From a virus: 45,306 bases of DNA. The translations under genes and the position numbers were made by a program. The stretch covers positions 1 to 45,306 of the IMG/VR virus record IMGVR_UViG_3300033146_001050. One strand, written 5' to 3'. Shown piece after piece: positions 6,910 to 17,734 of the stretch. Numbering within the stretch: position 1 is the first letter of the stretch; every line of letters begins with the position of its first letter. Under the pieces are notes generated by a model. That model ran no database searches, had not been told where the DNA came from, and saw only the letters and a program-made list of their open reading frames with translations.

Positions 6910-7608
6910 ATGTCAATGACAAGTGCAAAACCTAATTACAATTTTGAAGAGAACTTTATTCATGTACAAGAAATCCTTGTGAGTAATAATCTTGGAAGAT
7001 CTGTAGAACACAATGAAATTGTGTATCTTGATGGTTACTTTGGTGAAATTAAAGACTTTGATGGTATAGCTGATGCAGCTGATGGTTACATTAACATACT
7101 AGATACAAGAGAAATCTCAACAACTCAGATTGAAACTACAGATACATTTGTAGTTGGCGGAATTGTATTTTTTGTTTCTGGTGGATCTTCTGTAGCTGGT
7201 TCCTTAAGAGCTGGTTACGTAGCTGATGGTGTTGCTATAGGTGTCTGTACTAAGATCAATAATGGAACTTCTGTTACATTTAGACCTTACAATCAGAAAG
7301 CTGGTGGTATTAAACAGACTATAGTTGAGGTCACAGCTTCAATATCTACACAGCAGCTTGTGCCTCAGATTCCTATAGGTGCTCAGATTCTTGATATGAG
7401 AATGATCTGTAGAGCTACTTCATCTTCTGCTTACATAGTTACTGAACAGAAAGATGGTACAGAAATTGCTAAGTGTGCTGCTGCTACAGCACAAGCTGTA
7501 ACGTCTGCATCAACTTGTGCAGTAGCCAACAAAGTTGGTACTGATGGCTTGTATATAAAAGGTTCAGCTGCAGCTGTACGTGGAATCCTTACTATTACTT
7601 GGAGGTAA
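6910..7608 (+). CDS. head decoration-like protein (putative, DUF2190-like N-terminal half)
   Basis: Directly precedes the capsid gene. Gly/Ala/Val-rich beta-type sequence. Resemblance recalled from memory only. Confidence 0.3.
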   Translation: MSMTSAKPNYNFEENFIHVQEILVSNNLGRSVEHNEIVYLDGYFGEIKDFDGIADAADGYINILDTREISTTQIETTDTFVVGGIVFFVSGGSSVAGSLRAGYVADGVAIGVCTKINNGTSVTFRPYNQKAGGIKQTIVEVTASISTQQLVPQIPIGAQILDMRMICRATSSSAYIVTEQKDGTEIAKCAAATAQAVTSASTCAVANKVGTDGLYIKGSAAAVRGILTITWR

Positions 7609-7610
7609 TC

Positions 7611-8828
7611 ATGAATATTGTTAGTCGTGAATCACTTGCAGCGCAGTTTCAAGCAGATCGCTTAGCTGGTAAAGCAATGAACGTTATGGATCCTGTCGAA
7701 CTTGTAGCTACAGGTTTTGGAGGGAAAGCACCTAAGTCTGGATCTATCTTAGATAGTAATTCTCTTGGTATTATTGACAGTAGAAAGGCTGTCTCAAGAG
7801 ACCTTGATCTTATTCTTAAAGGATCAGCAAAAAGCGGTTTTGATATTAAACAGTTTAAAGGCAACAAGTCTATCATGCAGATGATAAAGAAAGGTGAGTT
7901 TGCTGGTACAGCTAATTCCCTGAACGATAATTGGACTAATCTGATGGACGCTCTTCGTTTTGATCTTACGCTTAAGAAAGAAGCAAGACCTACTGTAAGA
8001 CAGTTTCTTTATAACGTTGCTGATATGCCTGATGCTACTAAAGATGTTAGACCTACAGAACTGTTTCCTTACGGAATAGTATTTGAAGAGAACAACGGTG
8101 AAGGCCAGGCTGTAAGAGCTGGTGGTAACCTTGGCGGTCAGCATGACACTATTGCAATGAAAATCTATGCTGCTATGTTTACATGGACACTATTGGCTAG
8201 ACTCTTTGATGGTTCTAATGACATACGTCGTTTGAACGATGGCGTTGCTCTTGGTTATTCTGCAAAACAGGATGATCTTGCAATCTCTCCAATTCTTGCT
8301 GATGTATATTCTACTGTAGGTACTACAAAGTGGACTGCTGCTTCTACTCAGGGAGATAACAGACAGGAGTACTTGTGGAATACTATATATAATGCTATAA
8401 ACGCATTGTGTGCAAGAAAAGACCCTGTTACTAAAAGACTTATCACAGCACAGGACCTTGTACTGCTTTGTTCTTCACAGGACGCAAGAGCCTTTGAGCT
8501 TATCAACGGTCTGCCTAGTGATCGAAACAGAAATTATCCTAATATTCCTGGCCTTTCAGGAATTGTAGCTTATGATGGTGAAGTGATTAACATGCCTAAC
8601 GAAACTATAACTTATGCTGGTTGTACAACTGGTATTGGATACATAGTTAAGAAAAATCGTTACATGACAATCATTAAGAAAACTGGTCTTGTTACTGAAA
8701 TTGATGAGACCCCTAATGTCTCGAATCTTTCACAGAAGGAACAGGCTTGGTACTTCTCAGAAGGAATCTATAATTCTGTAGGCATCAATAATTTTGTTCA
8801 GAAAGTAACTCTTCCTTGGGCTGTCTAG
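7611..8828 (+). CDS. major capsid protein (putative)
   Basis: 405 aa. The ORF-track start (7599) is TTG; the ATG at 7611 has GGAGG 5 nt upstream. Followed by a strong terminator at 8848..8875. Position is typical of HK97-fold capsid genes. Confidence 0.7.
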   Translation: MNIVSRESLAAQFQADRLAGKAMNVMDPVELVATGFGGKAPKSGSILDSNSLGIIDSRKAVSRDLDLILKGSAKSGFDIKQFKGNKSIMQMIKKGEFAGTANSLNDNWTNLMDALRFDLTLKKEARPTVRQFLYNVADMPDATKDVRPTELFPYGIVFEENNGEGQAVRAGGNLGGQHDTIAMKIYAAMFTWTLLARLFDGSNDIRRLNDGVALGYSAKQDDLAISPILADVYSTVGTTKWTAASTQGDNRQEYLWNTIYNAINALCARKDPVTKRLITAQDLVLLCSSQDARAFELINGLPSDRNRNYPNIPGLSGIVAYDGEVINMPNETITYAGCTTGIGYIVKKNRYMTIIKKTGLVTEIDETPNVSNLSQKEQAWYFSEGIYNSVGINNFVQKVTLPWAV

Positions 8829-8847
8829 TAGTTCTTATTTAACTGGT

Positions 8848-8875
8848 GGCACAGCTGTAACAGGCTGTGCCTTTT
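8848..8875 (+). terminator. rho-independent terminator after the capsid gene
   Basis: ggcacagc-tgtaacag-gctgtgcc followed by tttt. Confidence 0.75.
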
Positions 8876-8916
8876 CACAAGCTTTGTAGTGCAAGGCTTA
8901 TGTAAAGGAGATAGTT

Positions 8917-9267
8917 ATGACTTCACTAGAAAAACTAACACATTTTATGAAACCTAACTATCAGCTGGATAGTGACAAAACATTTTTAGAAGACTATATT
9001 ACAGAGTACACTTATCCAGAGTGTGCTGCTGCTGCTTTATGGGAAGAGATAGCTGGCTCGTTAGCTCCTAATGCTTCTGATGTTGGAGAAATAACTACTG
9101 GAGCTGAAAAGTTTAAGTTTATATCTCCTTTAACTACACAAAGTTCAGCTCTTGTAACAGCTAAAATATATAGTGATAGATGCGATATATTAAACAATAA
9201 TCTTGGATGTGCTATTCGTATAACACAGTCTGCTGTAGCTGGAATACCGGGTAAGCCAATTGACTAA
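8917..9267 (+). CDS. head-tail connector/adaptor (putative)
   Basis: RBS AAGGAG. First small ORF after the capsid terminator. Position-based call. Confidence 0.4.
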   Translation: MTSLEKLTHFMKPNYQLDSDKTFLEDYITEYTYPECAAAALWEEIAGSLAPNASDVGEITTGAEKFKFISPLTTQSSALVTAKIYSDRCDILNNNLGCAIRITQSAVAGIPGKPID

Positions 9268-9673
9268 CGAAATAGAGCTTCAAACAGTGAGAGCAGCAAT
9301 GCGAAAAAGAATACAACTTAACCCTACTGTGATTATAGCTTCAATAAGACCTAGAAAGATTAACTCTCAAGGTTACTCTGTAGAAGATATAACACAGGAC
9401 GCTGTAGATACAGAACTTGGAACAGTTACTTTGTCAAGAAGAAATATACCTGACAAAATTGTTACTAATGCAGAAACACCTTATGACTACTTAGATAACT
9501 ATTATTTAATAGCAGAGTTTGATGCAACTTGGTTACGTAAGGGGTTAAAGTTTTGGCTAGGTTCTGAAAGATTTAGAACTAAGATACCAGAAGCTAAAAG
9601 GATGTTTGGCGAAGTTGTTTACTTGCTATGTAATCTTGAAACTATTACACCGGCTAATCTTTCTGATTTTTAG
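9260..9673 (+). CDS. head-tail joining protein (putative)
   Basis: The ORF-track start is TTG, overlapping the upstream stop. Position-based call. Confidence 0.35.
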   Translation: MTNEIELQTVRAAMRKRIQLNPTVIIASIRPRKINSQGYSVEDITQDAVDTELGTVTLSRRNIPDKIVTNAETPYDYLDNYYLIAEFDATWLRKGLKFWLGSERFRTKIPEAKRMFGEVVYLLCNLETITPANLSDF

Positions 9674-9681
9674 GAGATATT

Positions 9682-9870
9682 ATGGCTAAAGAAGATCCTT
9701 TTAATAGGCCACTTATACAAGACGAAGATGAACTAGAAGAAGTAGACAATGAAGAAGCTGTAATAACTATAATAGTAGATGAAGAGATTCATAAATTAAC
9801 AATAAATCAGGGACTAGAATTAGCTACTAACATTTTAATTCAGGTGCGTTGTTATGACGACGGTAGTTAA
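9682..9870 (+). CDS. small acidic hypothetical protein
   Basis: RBS AGGAG 6 nt upstream. 62 aa, Asp/Glu-rich. Confidence 0.35.
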   Translation: MAKEDPFNRPLIQDEDELEEVDNEEAVITIIVDEEIHKLTINQGLELATNILIQVRCYDDGS

Positions 9871-10240
9871 GTTTGTTAATCAAGCTGTCGTAAAGAAGAA
9901 CATAATTAAAACTTTCGATTACTACGAACGTCAAGCTTACGAAATATTTAAGTACTACGCAGCAGAGTCTATGAGATATATGGCTTCTGTTCAGATTAGT
10001 AAAGGCAAGGAAGTTAAAGGCGAGTTCTGGACTAACCATACAATGAAAGCAGCAGAAGGCTACTATGCAAAAGCTTATGTGTTACCCGGTAAAATTGGGG
10101 TTACATTGGCTAACGATGTAAGTTACTCAGCATCTTTGGAGTCAGATTTTGGTAAGAAGTATGCTTCGTTTCCTACACTAATGAGAAGAATGGAGCCTAT
10201 GATAATGAGAGATCTTAGAAAGTTATATGAAAGTCCGTAA
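9854..10240 (+). CDS. HK97 gp10-like neck/tail-completion protein (putative)
   Basis: 128 aa. The C-terminal ...LANDVSYSASLESDFG resembles the gp10-family Y-A-x-x-V-E-x-G signature. Position in the neck module. Confidence 0.4.
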   Translation: MTTVVKFVNQAVVKKNIIKTFDYYERQAYEIFKYYAAESMRYMASVQISKGKEVKGEFWTNHTMKAAEGYYAKAYVLPGKIGVTLANDVSYSASLESDFGKKYASFPTLMRRMEPMIMRDLRKLYESP

Positions 10241-10255
10241 TAGGAGGTTACAACT

Positions 10256-10666
10256 ATGCGATTAAATGCTATTAAGTCTAAACTTCTTACTGGTTCTGTA
10301 ACTAATATTATTCTTAGTGGTGGAATGGAGATTTATCCTGAGTTACCTTGCATATTACTGTATGATGACTTTCCACTGAACACTTACTATACACAAGATA
10401 ACACTATAAATCCTTTCATAGTAGAAGTAAGGTATCCAGCAGGTTACATAGATGAAGTAGATAAGTACATTGAAGAAGAAGTTTTAACTTTACTAGATCG
10501 TAAAGTTCTGTATGATACAGAAAATGATTCTTATGTTCAAACATTCGCTACAGCTAATGTTACTAAGTTGAGTGAGCCTAATGATGACAGGGCACTGTCT
10601 AAGGGAAACGATGACGGTACTATTAGTAAAGCAAGAAGGTTTTTTACGCCTCGTAGAGGTTTGTGA
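10256..10666 (+). CDS. tail terminator-like protein (putative)
   Basis: RBS AGGAGG. 136 aa ORF immediately before the tail tube gene. Confidence 0.35.
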   Translation: MRLNAIKSKLLTGSVTNIILSGGMEIYPELPCILLYDDFPLNTYYTQDNTINPFIVEVRYPAGYIDEVDKYIEEEVLTLLDRKVLYDTENDSYVQTFATANVTKLSEPNDDRALSKGNDDGTISKARRFFTPRRGL

Positions 10667-10723
10667 TAACGTCTCTAATAGAGATAAACTTAATGCGCAT
10701 GGAAACATGCAATGGAGGAAATT

Positions 10724-11689
10724 ATGTCTTACGATTTTGATGGCAGGACTTCTTTTTCTGTCGAAGGGTCACGTTGGAGACGACTAAATCCCGATGGCTC
10801 TTATCCAGCTGTAGATAATCAGCTAGGTTTTGAAGGTACTGTTGATCTAACTGACTTAGCTGCTACTGATGTAGTATCTTATAGGCTTAATGGTACTGGT
10901 GACTTCACTGATATTATTGTTGACCTTACAGGTGCAGGTGTAGCTGTAGATGATACAGCAGCAAGCGTAGCAGAACTTGTAACAGCGCTTAATCTTGATT
11001 CTAATTTTAGTGCTGTGTTTACAGCTTCTGTTGACTCTAGTACGGGTAGACTTAAGGTAATTGAGACTGCTGACACTGCTACGTATCTTGAGCTTACTGG
11101 TGTTATCATAGTAACTCTTATGTTCGGTTCTTACACAGGAGCTACTACTGGTTTTGGTACTCAATGGGTTGATTGTTTCGACGATCAGGGTGCTGTAGGT
11201 CTACCGAAAGAGATTAAAGATTTTGAAGAGATTGAAGTAGAAATAGGCGACGGAACAACTCTTACTATGGTTACTGCTGCTTTACTCAAAGGTCTTAATC
11301 CTACATTGGCACTTGCTGATGAAAAGTTTGAACTTAAAGAACTTGTAATGGGTGGCTCTAATTCACAGACTGTTACTGGTGTGAATAACAGATACACTCC
11401 ACCTACTGAAAGTCAAATTTATCTTCCCGGTTTTGCCGGTGAAGTTTTTGAGTCAAGATACGGTAAAGGATCTAGCCAGAAGAGTCAGATGATTGGTTAT
11501 AAAAGACTTAATCTTAATAATTGTACTGGTATGGAAGGTGATTTGTCAGCTGAGGTTAAATCTTGGGCAACGTATGCTTTCAACTTACGTGTGCGTAGTA
11601 CTGTAAGTGGTGGTGTAACTGTTCCTGGTTATACAGAAGACGACTTAACTATTGCACAATTTAATAGTCTAGGAATAAGTTTTGGTTAA
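10724..11689 (+). CDS. major tail (tube) protein (putative)
   Basis: ATG at 10724 has GGAGG 5 nt upstream (ORF-track start is 10712). 321 aa. Followed by the terminator at 11695..11716, then the chaperone and tape measure genes. Confidence 0.55.
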   Translation: MSYDFDGRTSFSVEGSRWRRLNPDGSYPAVDNQLGFEGTVDLTDLAATDVVSYRLNGTGDFTDIIVDLTGAGVAVDDTAASVAELVTALNLDSNFSAVFTASVDSSTGRLKVIETADTATYLELTGVIIVTLMFGSYTGATTGFGTQWVDCFDDQGAVGLPKEIKDFEEIEVEIGDGTTLTMVTAALLKGLNPTLALADEKFELKELVMGGSNSQTVTGVNNRYTPPTESQIYLPGFAGEVFESRYGKGSSQKSQMIGYKRLNLNNCTGMEGDLSAEVKSWATYAFNLRVRSTVSGGVTVPGYTEDDLTIAQFNSLGISFG

Positions 11690-11694
11690 AAATT

Positions 11695-11716
11695 AGAGGG
11701 CTTCGGCCCTCTTTGT
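11695..11716 (+). terminator. rho-independent terminator/attenuator after the tail tube gene
   Basis: agagggc-ttcg-gccctct followed by ttgt. Confidence 0.65.
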
Positions 11717-11732
11717 ACTTAAGGATATTAAA

Positions 11733-12458
11733 GTGAAAGATACAAAAGATAATACTGCTATTGATGAAATAAGAGACCTTTTAGATGCAAGAACAGAAGT
11801 GCCTATTTTTGCACCTTGGTGTGGAGAGCCTATTCCAGTAACAGTAGTAATGTTGTCAACTGTATCTTTAAACTCATGTGGAGATTTTTCTACAGTAGAA
11901 TTACCAGCAGAAGGGTCTGCTAAAGCTCCAGAGCTTGCGGCTATGTTGAAAATAAAAAACATTCATGAAAACATTTTGAGACTATGCCTAGTAAGACCTA
12001 CTTTTGATGAGCTACATGACTACGTATTAGAGAAAGACTTTATAGCCTTACGTAAACATGAGCTTAGTGAAATTAGAGCAATGTTACCCCACGTAGAAGA
12101 CAATACTGAAAGAGCTGAATTAGAAGATCGTATCGAAAGATTAACTATAATGCTAAGCTTTTTACTTCCAGAAGACTTTATGGCCTATGTTGTAGCTTTC
12201 CAGTTACAGACAGATAAAACAGATATGAAAAAGCTTAATAAAGATATGCTTATACAAGCTGGTTTTTTAGGTGAGAAGTACGGTAAAAGACCTGCTGAGT
12301 ATATAGATGGTGTATTTACTAACAAACAGAAAATTGACATAGACGTAGCAGCACTAGGTCTGTTACAAGAATATAGAGAAATGCAAAAAATGGAAAAAGG
12401 AAGTACTAAAACTAAGTGGATTAGAGGCAAGAACCATAGAGGTGTAAAACATGGGTAG
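11733..12458 (+). CDS. tail assembly chaperone (putative)
   Basis: GTG start with AAGGA upstream. Lies between the tube and tape-measure genes and overlaps the tape-measure start by 8 nt. No productive frameshift site found. Confidence 0.4.
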   Translation: MKDTKDNTAIDEIRDLLDARTEVPIFAPWCGEPIPVTVVMLSTVSLNSCGDFSTVELPAEGSAKAPELAAMLKIKNIHENILRLCLVRPTFDELHDYVLEKDFIALRKHELSEIRAMLPHVEDNTERAELEDRIERLTIMLSFLLPEDFMAYVVAFQLQTDKTDMKKLNKDMLIQAGFLGEKYGKRPAEYIDGVFTNKQKIDIDVAALGLLQEYREMQKMEKGSTKTKWIRGKNHRGVKHG

Positions 12459-15400
12459 AAGCGTTGGCAAGGTTACAGCTGAGATAAGCTTAAAGTTAGA
12501 TAAACTCGATGCTAAAGCTGTAGAAGCTGTAAGCATCTTAAATCACATGTATACTAAAATGACTAAAGTTTCTAAGACAGAGACAGAAAAACAACAGCAG
12601 TATAATAAGTTGATGTTTGCTGCTATAGCTGTGTATGCTGCTAAAGCAGCTCAATCTATTATAGTTAATTTTAAGAAAACTATAACTGTATTTGCTGGTG
12701 TTGAACAGTCCCTTGCTAATGTTAAAGCTGTAACTAGGGCTAATGCTGAAAACTTTGCTAAGATGGAAGAGGCAGCTAGACGTGTTGGAGCTACTACTAG
12801 ATCTTCTGCTGCCGATGCAGCTAAAGCATTGTACTACTTAGGTTCTGCAGGATTTGATGCAGCAGAAGCCGTTGGAGCATTAGATGGTGTTAATGCCTTA
12901 GCTATAGCAACCAACTCAGATTTAGCAGAATCCACTAGAATAGTAGCTGTAACAATAAGACAGTTCGGTTTAGATTCTACACAGGCTACAGATGTAGCCA
13001 ATACATTTACTGCTGCTATACACAATTCACTAGCCAATATGGACAAACTTGGTAAATCTTTTGAGTATGCTGGGCCTATAGCAGCTGGTCTTGGTAGAAG
13101 TGTAGAAGAAGTAACAGGCACATTACAGGTATTGTACGACAAAGGTTTTAGTGGTGAGAAAGCTGGTAGGGCTTTACGTCGTGTCTGGATAGATCTTGCT
13201 GATGCTGGTAGTGTCGTAAATAAACGTTTGTCAAAAATGGGTATAACCTTTAATGATGTTAATCCTACTGTGCACAGCATGGCAGAGATTGTTGATACTC
13301 TTAATTCACATTATGTTGATGCTACGAATGTCGCTTCTATATTTGGTAAAATATCTGGTGGTCAGATGGCCTCGCTCTTAGCTGCTGGTGGAGACGCAAT
13401 AAGAGATTATCAAGAAAAAGTTACCAACACTTCTGCTGCTTTTGAGGCTATGGACATTCAGATGAACACATTGCAAGGTTCAATGGATCAGTTTAAAAAT
13501 GCTACGGAAGCTTTAGCTATTAGTAGTGGTAAGGGAATGACAAAATATCTTAGGGATATTATTGATACTGCCACTAGACTAGGTAGAAGCTTAAACAAAC
13601 TTCCAGAATCAGTACTAGCTGCTGGAACTGCACTAGGTGCGTTTACTGGTGTCGTAACATTAGGAACTATAGCTATTATGGCTTTTGGCACAGCTATAGG
13701 TGTTACTATGCTTCCTTTCTTATTGCCTATAGCTGCTGGAGTAGCAGCTGTAGCAGCTGGTATAGTTGGACTTGGTGTAGCAACTGGTGAGCTTGACAAG
13801 AAGCACATGGCTAGTCTCAATACTGAATATAAAGATTTAACAGAAAATACTAAGGGAACAAAAGAAGAAACAGACGACCTTTTAAGATCTTATGATAAAA
13901 TCCAGAATGTCATATCCAGCATGGTCATGGCAAACCAGTCATCTAGTTTACTTAACCTAAGCGGTTCTATAACATCTGCAACAGAGTTAAAGAAAGAGTT
14001 AGATAAAATAGCTAGATCTAGTAATCTTTCAGCAAAAGAAATGATAGTCTTAATAAGTAACAATAAAGGTTTAAATGCTGTATATAAAGAGCTTATACCT
14101 AGTGTTACAGCTTTATACAAAATCGACTTAAAAACTGAAAAGCAAAATAGAACTAAGTATAATGCTTACAAAGAATATATGAGTTTAATGAAGAGTGGCA
14201 GCATACAGCTAAATCAACAAGCTAGACTAGAACAAGCCAGAGCAGCAGCCGGTAATGAAATAAATGAACAGTTAAAAACTTCGTTTAGTGAAGCTATTAA
14301 AATGTCACAAGTTTTAGGTAAAAGTTATAGTATCAATGATACTTTAACTAAAGCTTACACAGAATCAAAAAAGAAAATGATATTAGCTGGTTACTTGCCA
14401 GAAAGTGAAGCTTTAAAAGATTTAGATAAACTATATATCCAGTTACAGAAAGATTATAAACTCTCACTGATTGACAGTGAGAGTGCTACTGGTAAGCGTA
14501 AGGCAATACTTAAAGATTTGAAACAGAGCTTATCATTAGTAGCTGAGCAAGAGAAAGTGGCTGCTGCTGAAGGCTTAGAGTTCAGTGGTGCTACAGAAAG
14601 AACAGGTCTTGCAACTAAAGCACTTAATGATATACTAGGTTTAGGCTTTAAAGCTAATAGTAGAGAGATTAAATGGTTCATGGATCTCTACGGAGATATG
14701 CTAACAAATACAGAAGCCGAAGATAAAGCAGCTAAGAAAATACAAGAAACATACGCAGCTAAGTACAGGACTATTAACTCTGGAATAACAGATCAAATAA
14801 AGTTAGAGCGTATAGCTAACGAGAAACAGAGAATAACTGCGTTAGAAACAATTCCTAAGACAACTGAGGGGTACAAAGCTGCTGCAGACGCAGTAAATGC
14901 TTACTTTGATGCTCTTGATAAAACAGTTACCGCCAAAGATGACAAGCAACAAGCTGCGGAAGTTCAAGAGTATATAGACATGTTAAATGGACTACATAAG
15001 ACAGAGCTTGAACTTATTGATGACGAAAGAGCCAGAGCATTAGCAGCATTAGACGGTAACACTGATGCACAAGAAGCCGCTGAAGCTTACTATGCTGAAC
15101 TTGTTGAAGGTGAAAAGAAAGCACAAGAAGAAGCTAAGAAGGCTAAGATCTTTGAAGAGCGATCAGCTAACATACAAGCTTCTACTGAGTTGTTATCTGC
15201 AATGGGCGATGTGTATGTAGCATACATAGAACGTAAGATGGAAGCAGATCAACTGGCTTATGATAAAAAAATGGAGCTTAGACAAGCTGACTATGACGCT
15301 GAAATGGATGACATTGATGCCCGTAAAGAAGCCGCTTTGCTCATGGCTGAGTTTGGCGTAGCTACTGATAGAGAACGTCTACAGCAGATACTAGCAGAAA

Positions 15401-15972
15401 AACAAGCTACTGGAGATGCTGAAGCAATAGAAGCTGCTGCATTAGCCTTAGAGCTTTTTGATATTGGTAAGATGTACGATGACTTATCTCTTGCACAAGA
15501 GAAAACTTATAAGGAAGAAACCGCTGCTTTAGACTTAGCACAGGCTAAGGAACAAGCTGACTTACAGTACAAGGCAGACAAAGTGGCTTGGGAAATGAAT
15601 GTTATACAAGGCTTAGCAAACTCAGCGTTAGCTATAACTAAAGCATGGTCAGAAGGGCCTTGGATGGTAGCTGCTGCTACTATAGGTTCTGCAGCTGCCA
15701 TGACTGCGTTGTATGCTGCTGAACCTCAGAAGCCATCGTTTGCTACTGGTGGTATAGTTCCTGGATCTTCCACTACGGGCGACAATGTAGAAGCTCTAGT
15801 TAATTCTGGAGAGCTTATTTTAAACAAAGCGCAACAAGGTTCTATAGCAGGACAGTTAGGTGGAAACGATAAGCCTATTATGATTACCATAAATACAACA
15901 CTTGATGGTAAAATTGTAGCTTCTAATTCAGCTAAGTACTTTAATAATGGCAAGGTGGTATTAAACAGATGA
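12451..15972 (+). CDS. tail tape measure protein
   Basis: 1173 aa. Central hydrophobic Gly/Ala segment (GAFTGVVTLGTIAIMAFGTAIGVTMLPFLLPIAAGVAAVAAGIVGLG). Long coiled-coil C-terminal half. Canonical position. Confidence 0.9.
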   Translation: MGRSVGKVTAEISLKLDKLDAKAVEAVSILNHMYTKMTKVSKTETEKQQQYNKLMFAAIAVYAAKAAQSIIVNFKKTITVFAGVEQSLANVKAVTRANAENFAKMEEAARRVGATTRSSAADAAKALYYLGSAGFDAAEAVGALDGVNALAIATNSDLAESTRIVAVTIRQFGLDSTQATDVANTFTAAIHNSLANMDKLGKSFEYAGPIAAGLGRSVEEVTGTLQVLYDKGFSGEKAGRALRRVWIDLADAGSVVNKRLSKMGITFNDVNPTVHSMAEIVDTLNSHYVDATNVASIFGKISGGQMASLLAAGGDAIRDYQEKVTNTSAAFEAMDIQMNTLQGSMDQFKNATEALAISSGKGMTKYLRDIIDTATRLGRSLNKLPESVLAAGTALGAFTGVVTLGTIAIMAFGTAIGVTMLPFLLPIAAGVAAVAAGIVGLGVATGELDKKHMASLNTEYKDLTENTKGTKEETDDLLRSYDKIQNVISSMVMANQSSSLLNLSGSITSATELKKELDKIARSSNLSAKEMIVLISNNKGLNAVYKELIPSVTALYKIDLKTEKQNRTKYNAYKEYMSLMKSGSIQLNQQARLEQARAAAGNEINEQLKTSFSEAIKMSQVLGKSYSINDTLTKAYTESKKKMILAGYLPESEALKDLDKLYIQLQKDYKLSLIDSESATGKRKAILKDLKQSLSLVAEQEKVAAAEGLEFSGATERTGLATKALNDILGLGFKANSREIKWFMDLYGDMLTNTEAEDKAAKKIQETYAAKYRTINSGITDQIKLERIANEKQRITALETIPKTTEGYKAAADAVNAYFDALDKTVTAKDDKQQAAEVQEYIDMLNGLHKTELELIDDERARALAALDGNTDAQEAAEAYYAELVEGEKKAQEEAKKAKIFEERSANIQASTELLSAMGDVYVAYIERKMEADQLAYDKKMELRQADYDAEMDDIDARKEAALLMAEFGVATDRERLQQILAEKQATGDAEAIEAAALALELFDIGKMYDDLSLAQEKTYKEETAALDLAQAKEQADLQYKADKVAWEMNVIQGLANSALAITKAWSEGPWMVAAATIGSAAAMTALYAAEPQKPSFATGGIVPGSSTTGDNVEALVNSGELILNKAQQGSIAGQLGGNDKPIMITINTTLDGKIVASNSAKYFNNGKVVLNR

Positions 15973-16682
15973 GAATACTAACAGACAACTTACTACTAGA
16001 TGCTTCTTTAAGTATGACTAATCCGTCTTCTACTTATCCAGTAGCAAACGTAGTTCATCCATTTAAGGCTAAAGTAGCTAAGTCTTCAGGTATAACAACT
16101 GTTGTTACTGGTTCTTTTGCACTAAATAGAGATATAAATTGTGCTTGTATTGGGAATCATAACTGCATATCAGTTGTTGTTAAACTGTATAATTCTAGTT
16201 CTACGTTGTTAGCTACTTTTACTAACAACGCACCAGTAGATAATGACATTATGTACTTTGCTACTACGTATGCAAACGTTGCCAGCATAACGTTTACGTG
16301 TACATCTATTAGTACTTTGGCAATAGGAGCTTTAAGCTGCGGTAAATATGTACAGGTCTATAACTTAGTTTCAGGTTATGAAGTTGAGTATGAAGATACA
16401 AGTTCTTATGAACAGTCACAGAACGGACAAGTAACACAGTACGCTGGTACTATACTACGCAGCTTTGGCATTAGTTTAATAAACATAAACGCTGAGAACA
16501 GAGGTCTTTTTCAAGATGCCTACGGTATAGTACTAAAAGGATTTCCATTCTGGCTAGATCAGTATGAAGGTGTAGTTAATACAATAGAACCTCCCATATT
16601 TGGGTACTTTACAGAGAGCATATTAGAGGTTAATAAACAAGGACTATATAGTTTGTCAACTAGCTTTAAGGAGGCTAAATAA
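15969..16682 (+). CDS. distal tail protein (putative)
   Basis: 237 aa ORF with a 4-nt overlap to the tape-measure stop. Position-based call. Confidence 0.45.
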   Translation: MRILTDNLLLDASLSMTNPSSTYPVANVVHPFKAKVAKSSGITTVVTGSFALNRDINCACIGNHNCISVVVKLYNSSSTLLATFTNNAPVDNDIMYFATTYANVASITFTCTSISTLAIGALSCGKYVQVYNLVSGYEVEYEDTSSYEQSQNGQVTQYAGTILRSFGISLININAENRGLFQDAYGIVLKGFPFWLDQYEGVVNTIEPPIFGYFTESILEVNKQGLYSLSTSFKEAK

Positions 16683-17734
16683 TGAGTCTAGTAAGAGTAA
16701 CATTTCCGTTAGATACACCAGTAGCAGGAGACTGGGCGCTGATCACAGAACTCGTTTCTAAAGGTTTCCAGAACGTAAACAGTCCTCTTCAAGTAATAGA
16801 TGGTGTAATTCCAGGAGGTGCTACGTTTCAAATAGGAGGAGTTGTTTATCATGGTAGTTCTGATACTACTATATCTGGTACAGCTTCTAAGTTTGTAAAA
16901 CTCATTCCTTCTACAGATGGTTCTGTTTTAACTGCTGAGTACTCTGCTTCATTAACAGGTGTTACTTGGAATAAGGTCTATAACGGTTACTATGACACAA
17001 GCTATAATCTTTACATCTTTAATGAATCCGAAGCCATGGCCGATGGTCTTGTTAGTGCGCTTACAAGTAAGTATCTTCCTCAGAATGAAGATGGTGATGT
17101 TATTGTTGGAAGAGATTTAGAGGTTAAGAGAGATTTGTCAGTGGGCGATGATTTAACTGTAACTGATGATGCTACAATAGGTGGAAATCTTGTAGTCACT
17201 GGCACTCTTGATGCACCTACACTCAACACTGGGCAAGGTGACAATGAACTTTATGACATGAATCAGAATGTAAAGACTACAAGTAGTCCTACGTTTAGTA
17301 GTCCTATATTTACTATAGCTAATACAGGAAGCTTTTATAGACGCTCAGATTTTTATGCTACTGTTATAGGAGGGGGAACAGTAAGCCAGTCGAATGCAAA
17401 AGGTTATTATATAAGAATAGGTAATTTAGTGTATGTATCTGGTTTCGTTCAGGTTAATAGCTATTCGGTAGGAGCTGACTATGTTAAGCTTACCTTACCT
17501 TTTGCAGTTAATGGTACAGGTACACAACCAGCTAACTTTTCGTGCAATACACTACGTTTTACAGTTAACAAAGTTATATACAACTTGCTTGTCACTGGAA
17601 GTACAACATACGGATATTTATTAGTTAGTAATGGGACAGATTATTACACAGAATATCTTAAGTTTTCAGACATGGGTATGTCTCAAAATGATCCTAGTAT
17701 ATCATTTTCTGTAATATATGAGTGTACTCCTTGA
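16682..17734 (+). CDS. baseplate/tail-fibre-like protein
   Basis: The segment DLEVKRDLSVGDDLTVTDDATIGGNLVVTGTLDAPTL resembles short fibre/collar repeats. RBS AAGGAGG. Confidence 0.4.
   Translation: MSLVRVTFPLDTPVAGDWALITELVSKGFQNVNSPLQVIDGVIPGGATFQIGGVVYHGSSDTTISGTASKFVKLIPSTDGSVLTAEYSASLTGVTWNKVYNGYYDTSYNLYIFNESEAMADGLVSALTSKYLPQNEDGDVIVGRDLEVKRDLSVGDDLTVTDDATIGGNLVVTGTLDAPTLNTGQGDNELYDMNQNVKTTSSPTFSSPIFTIANTGSFYRRSDFYATVIGGGTVSQSNAKGYYIRIGNLVYVSGFVQVNSYSVGADYVKLTLPFAVNGTGTQPANFSCNTLRFTVNKVIYNLLVTGSTTYGYLLVSNGTDYYTEYLKFSDMGMSQNDPSISFSVIYECTP

Noticed and set aside
11954-11960. A_AAA_AAC slippery heptamer, in the correct phase, inside the tail chaperone gene
   Set aside because: A -1 shift here reads AAA AAA CAT TCA TGA and terminates after four codons. 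It cannot produce the extended G-T type chaperone fusion and is probably fortuitous in AT-rich DNA.
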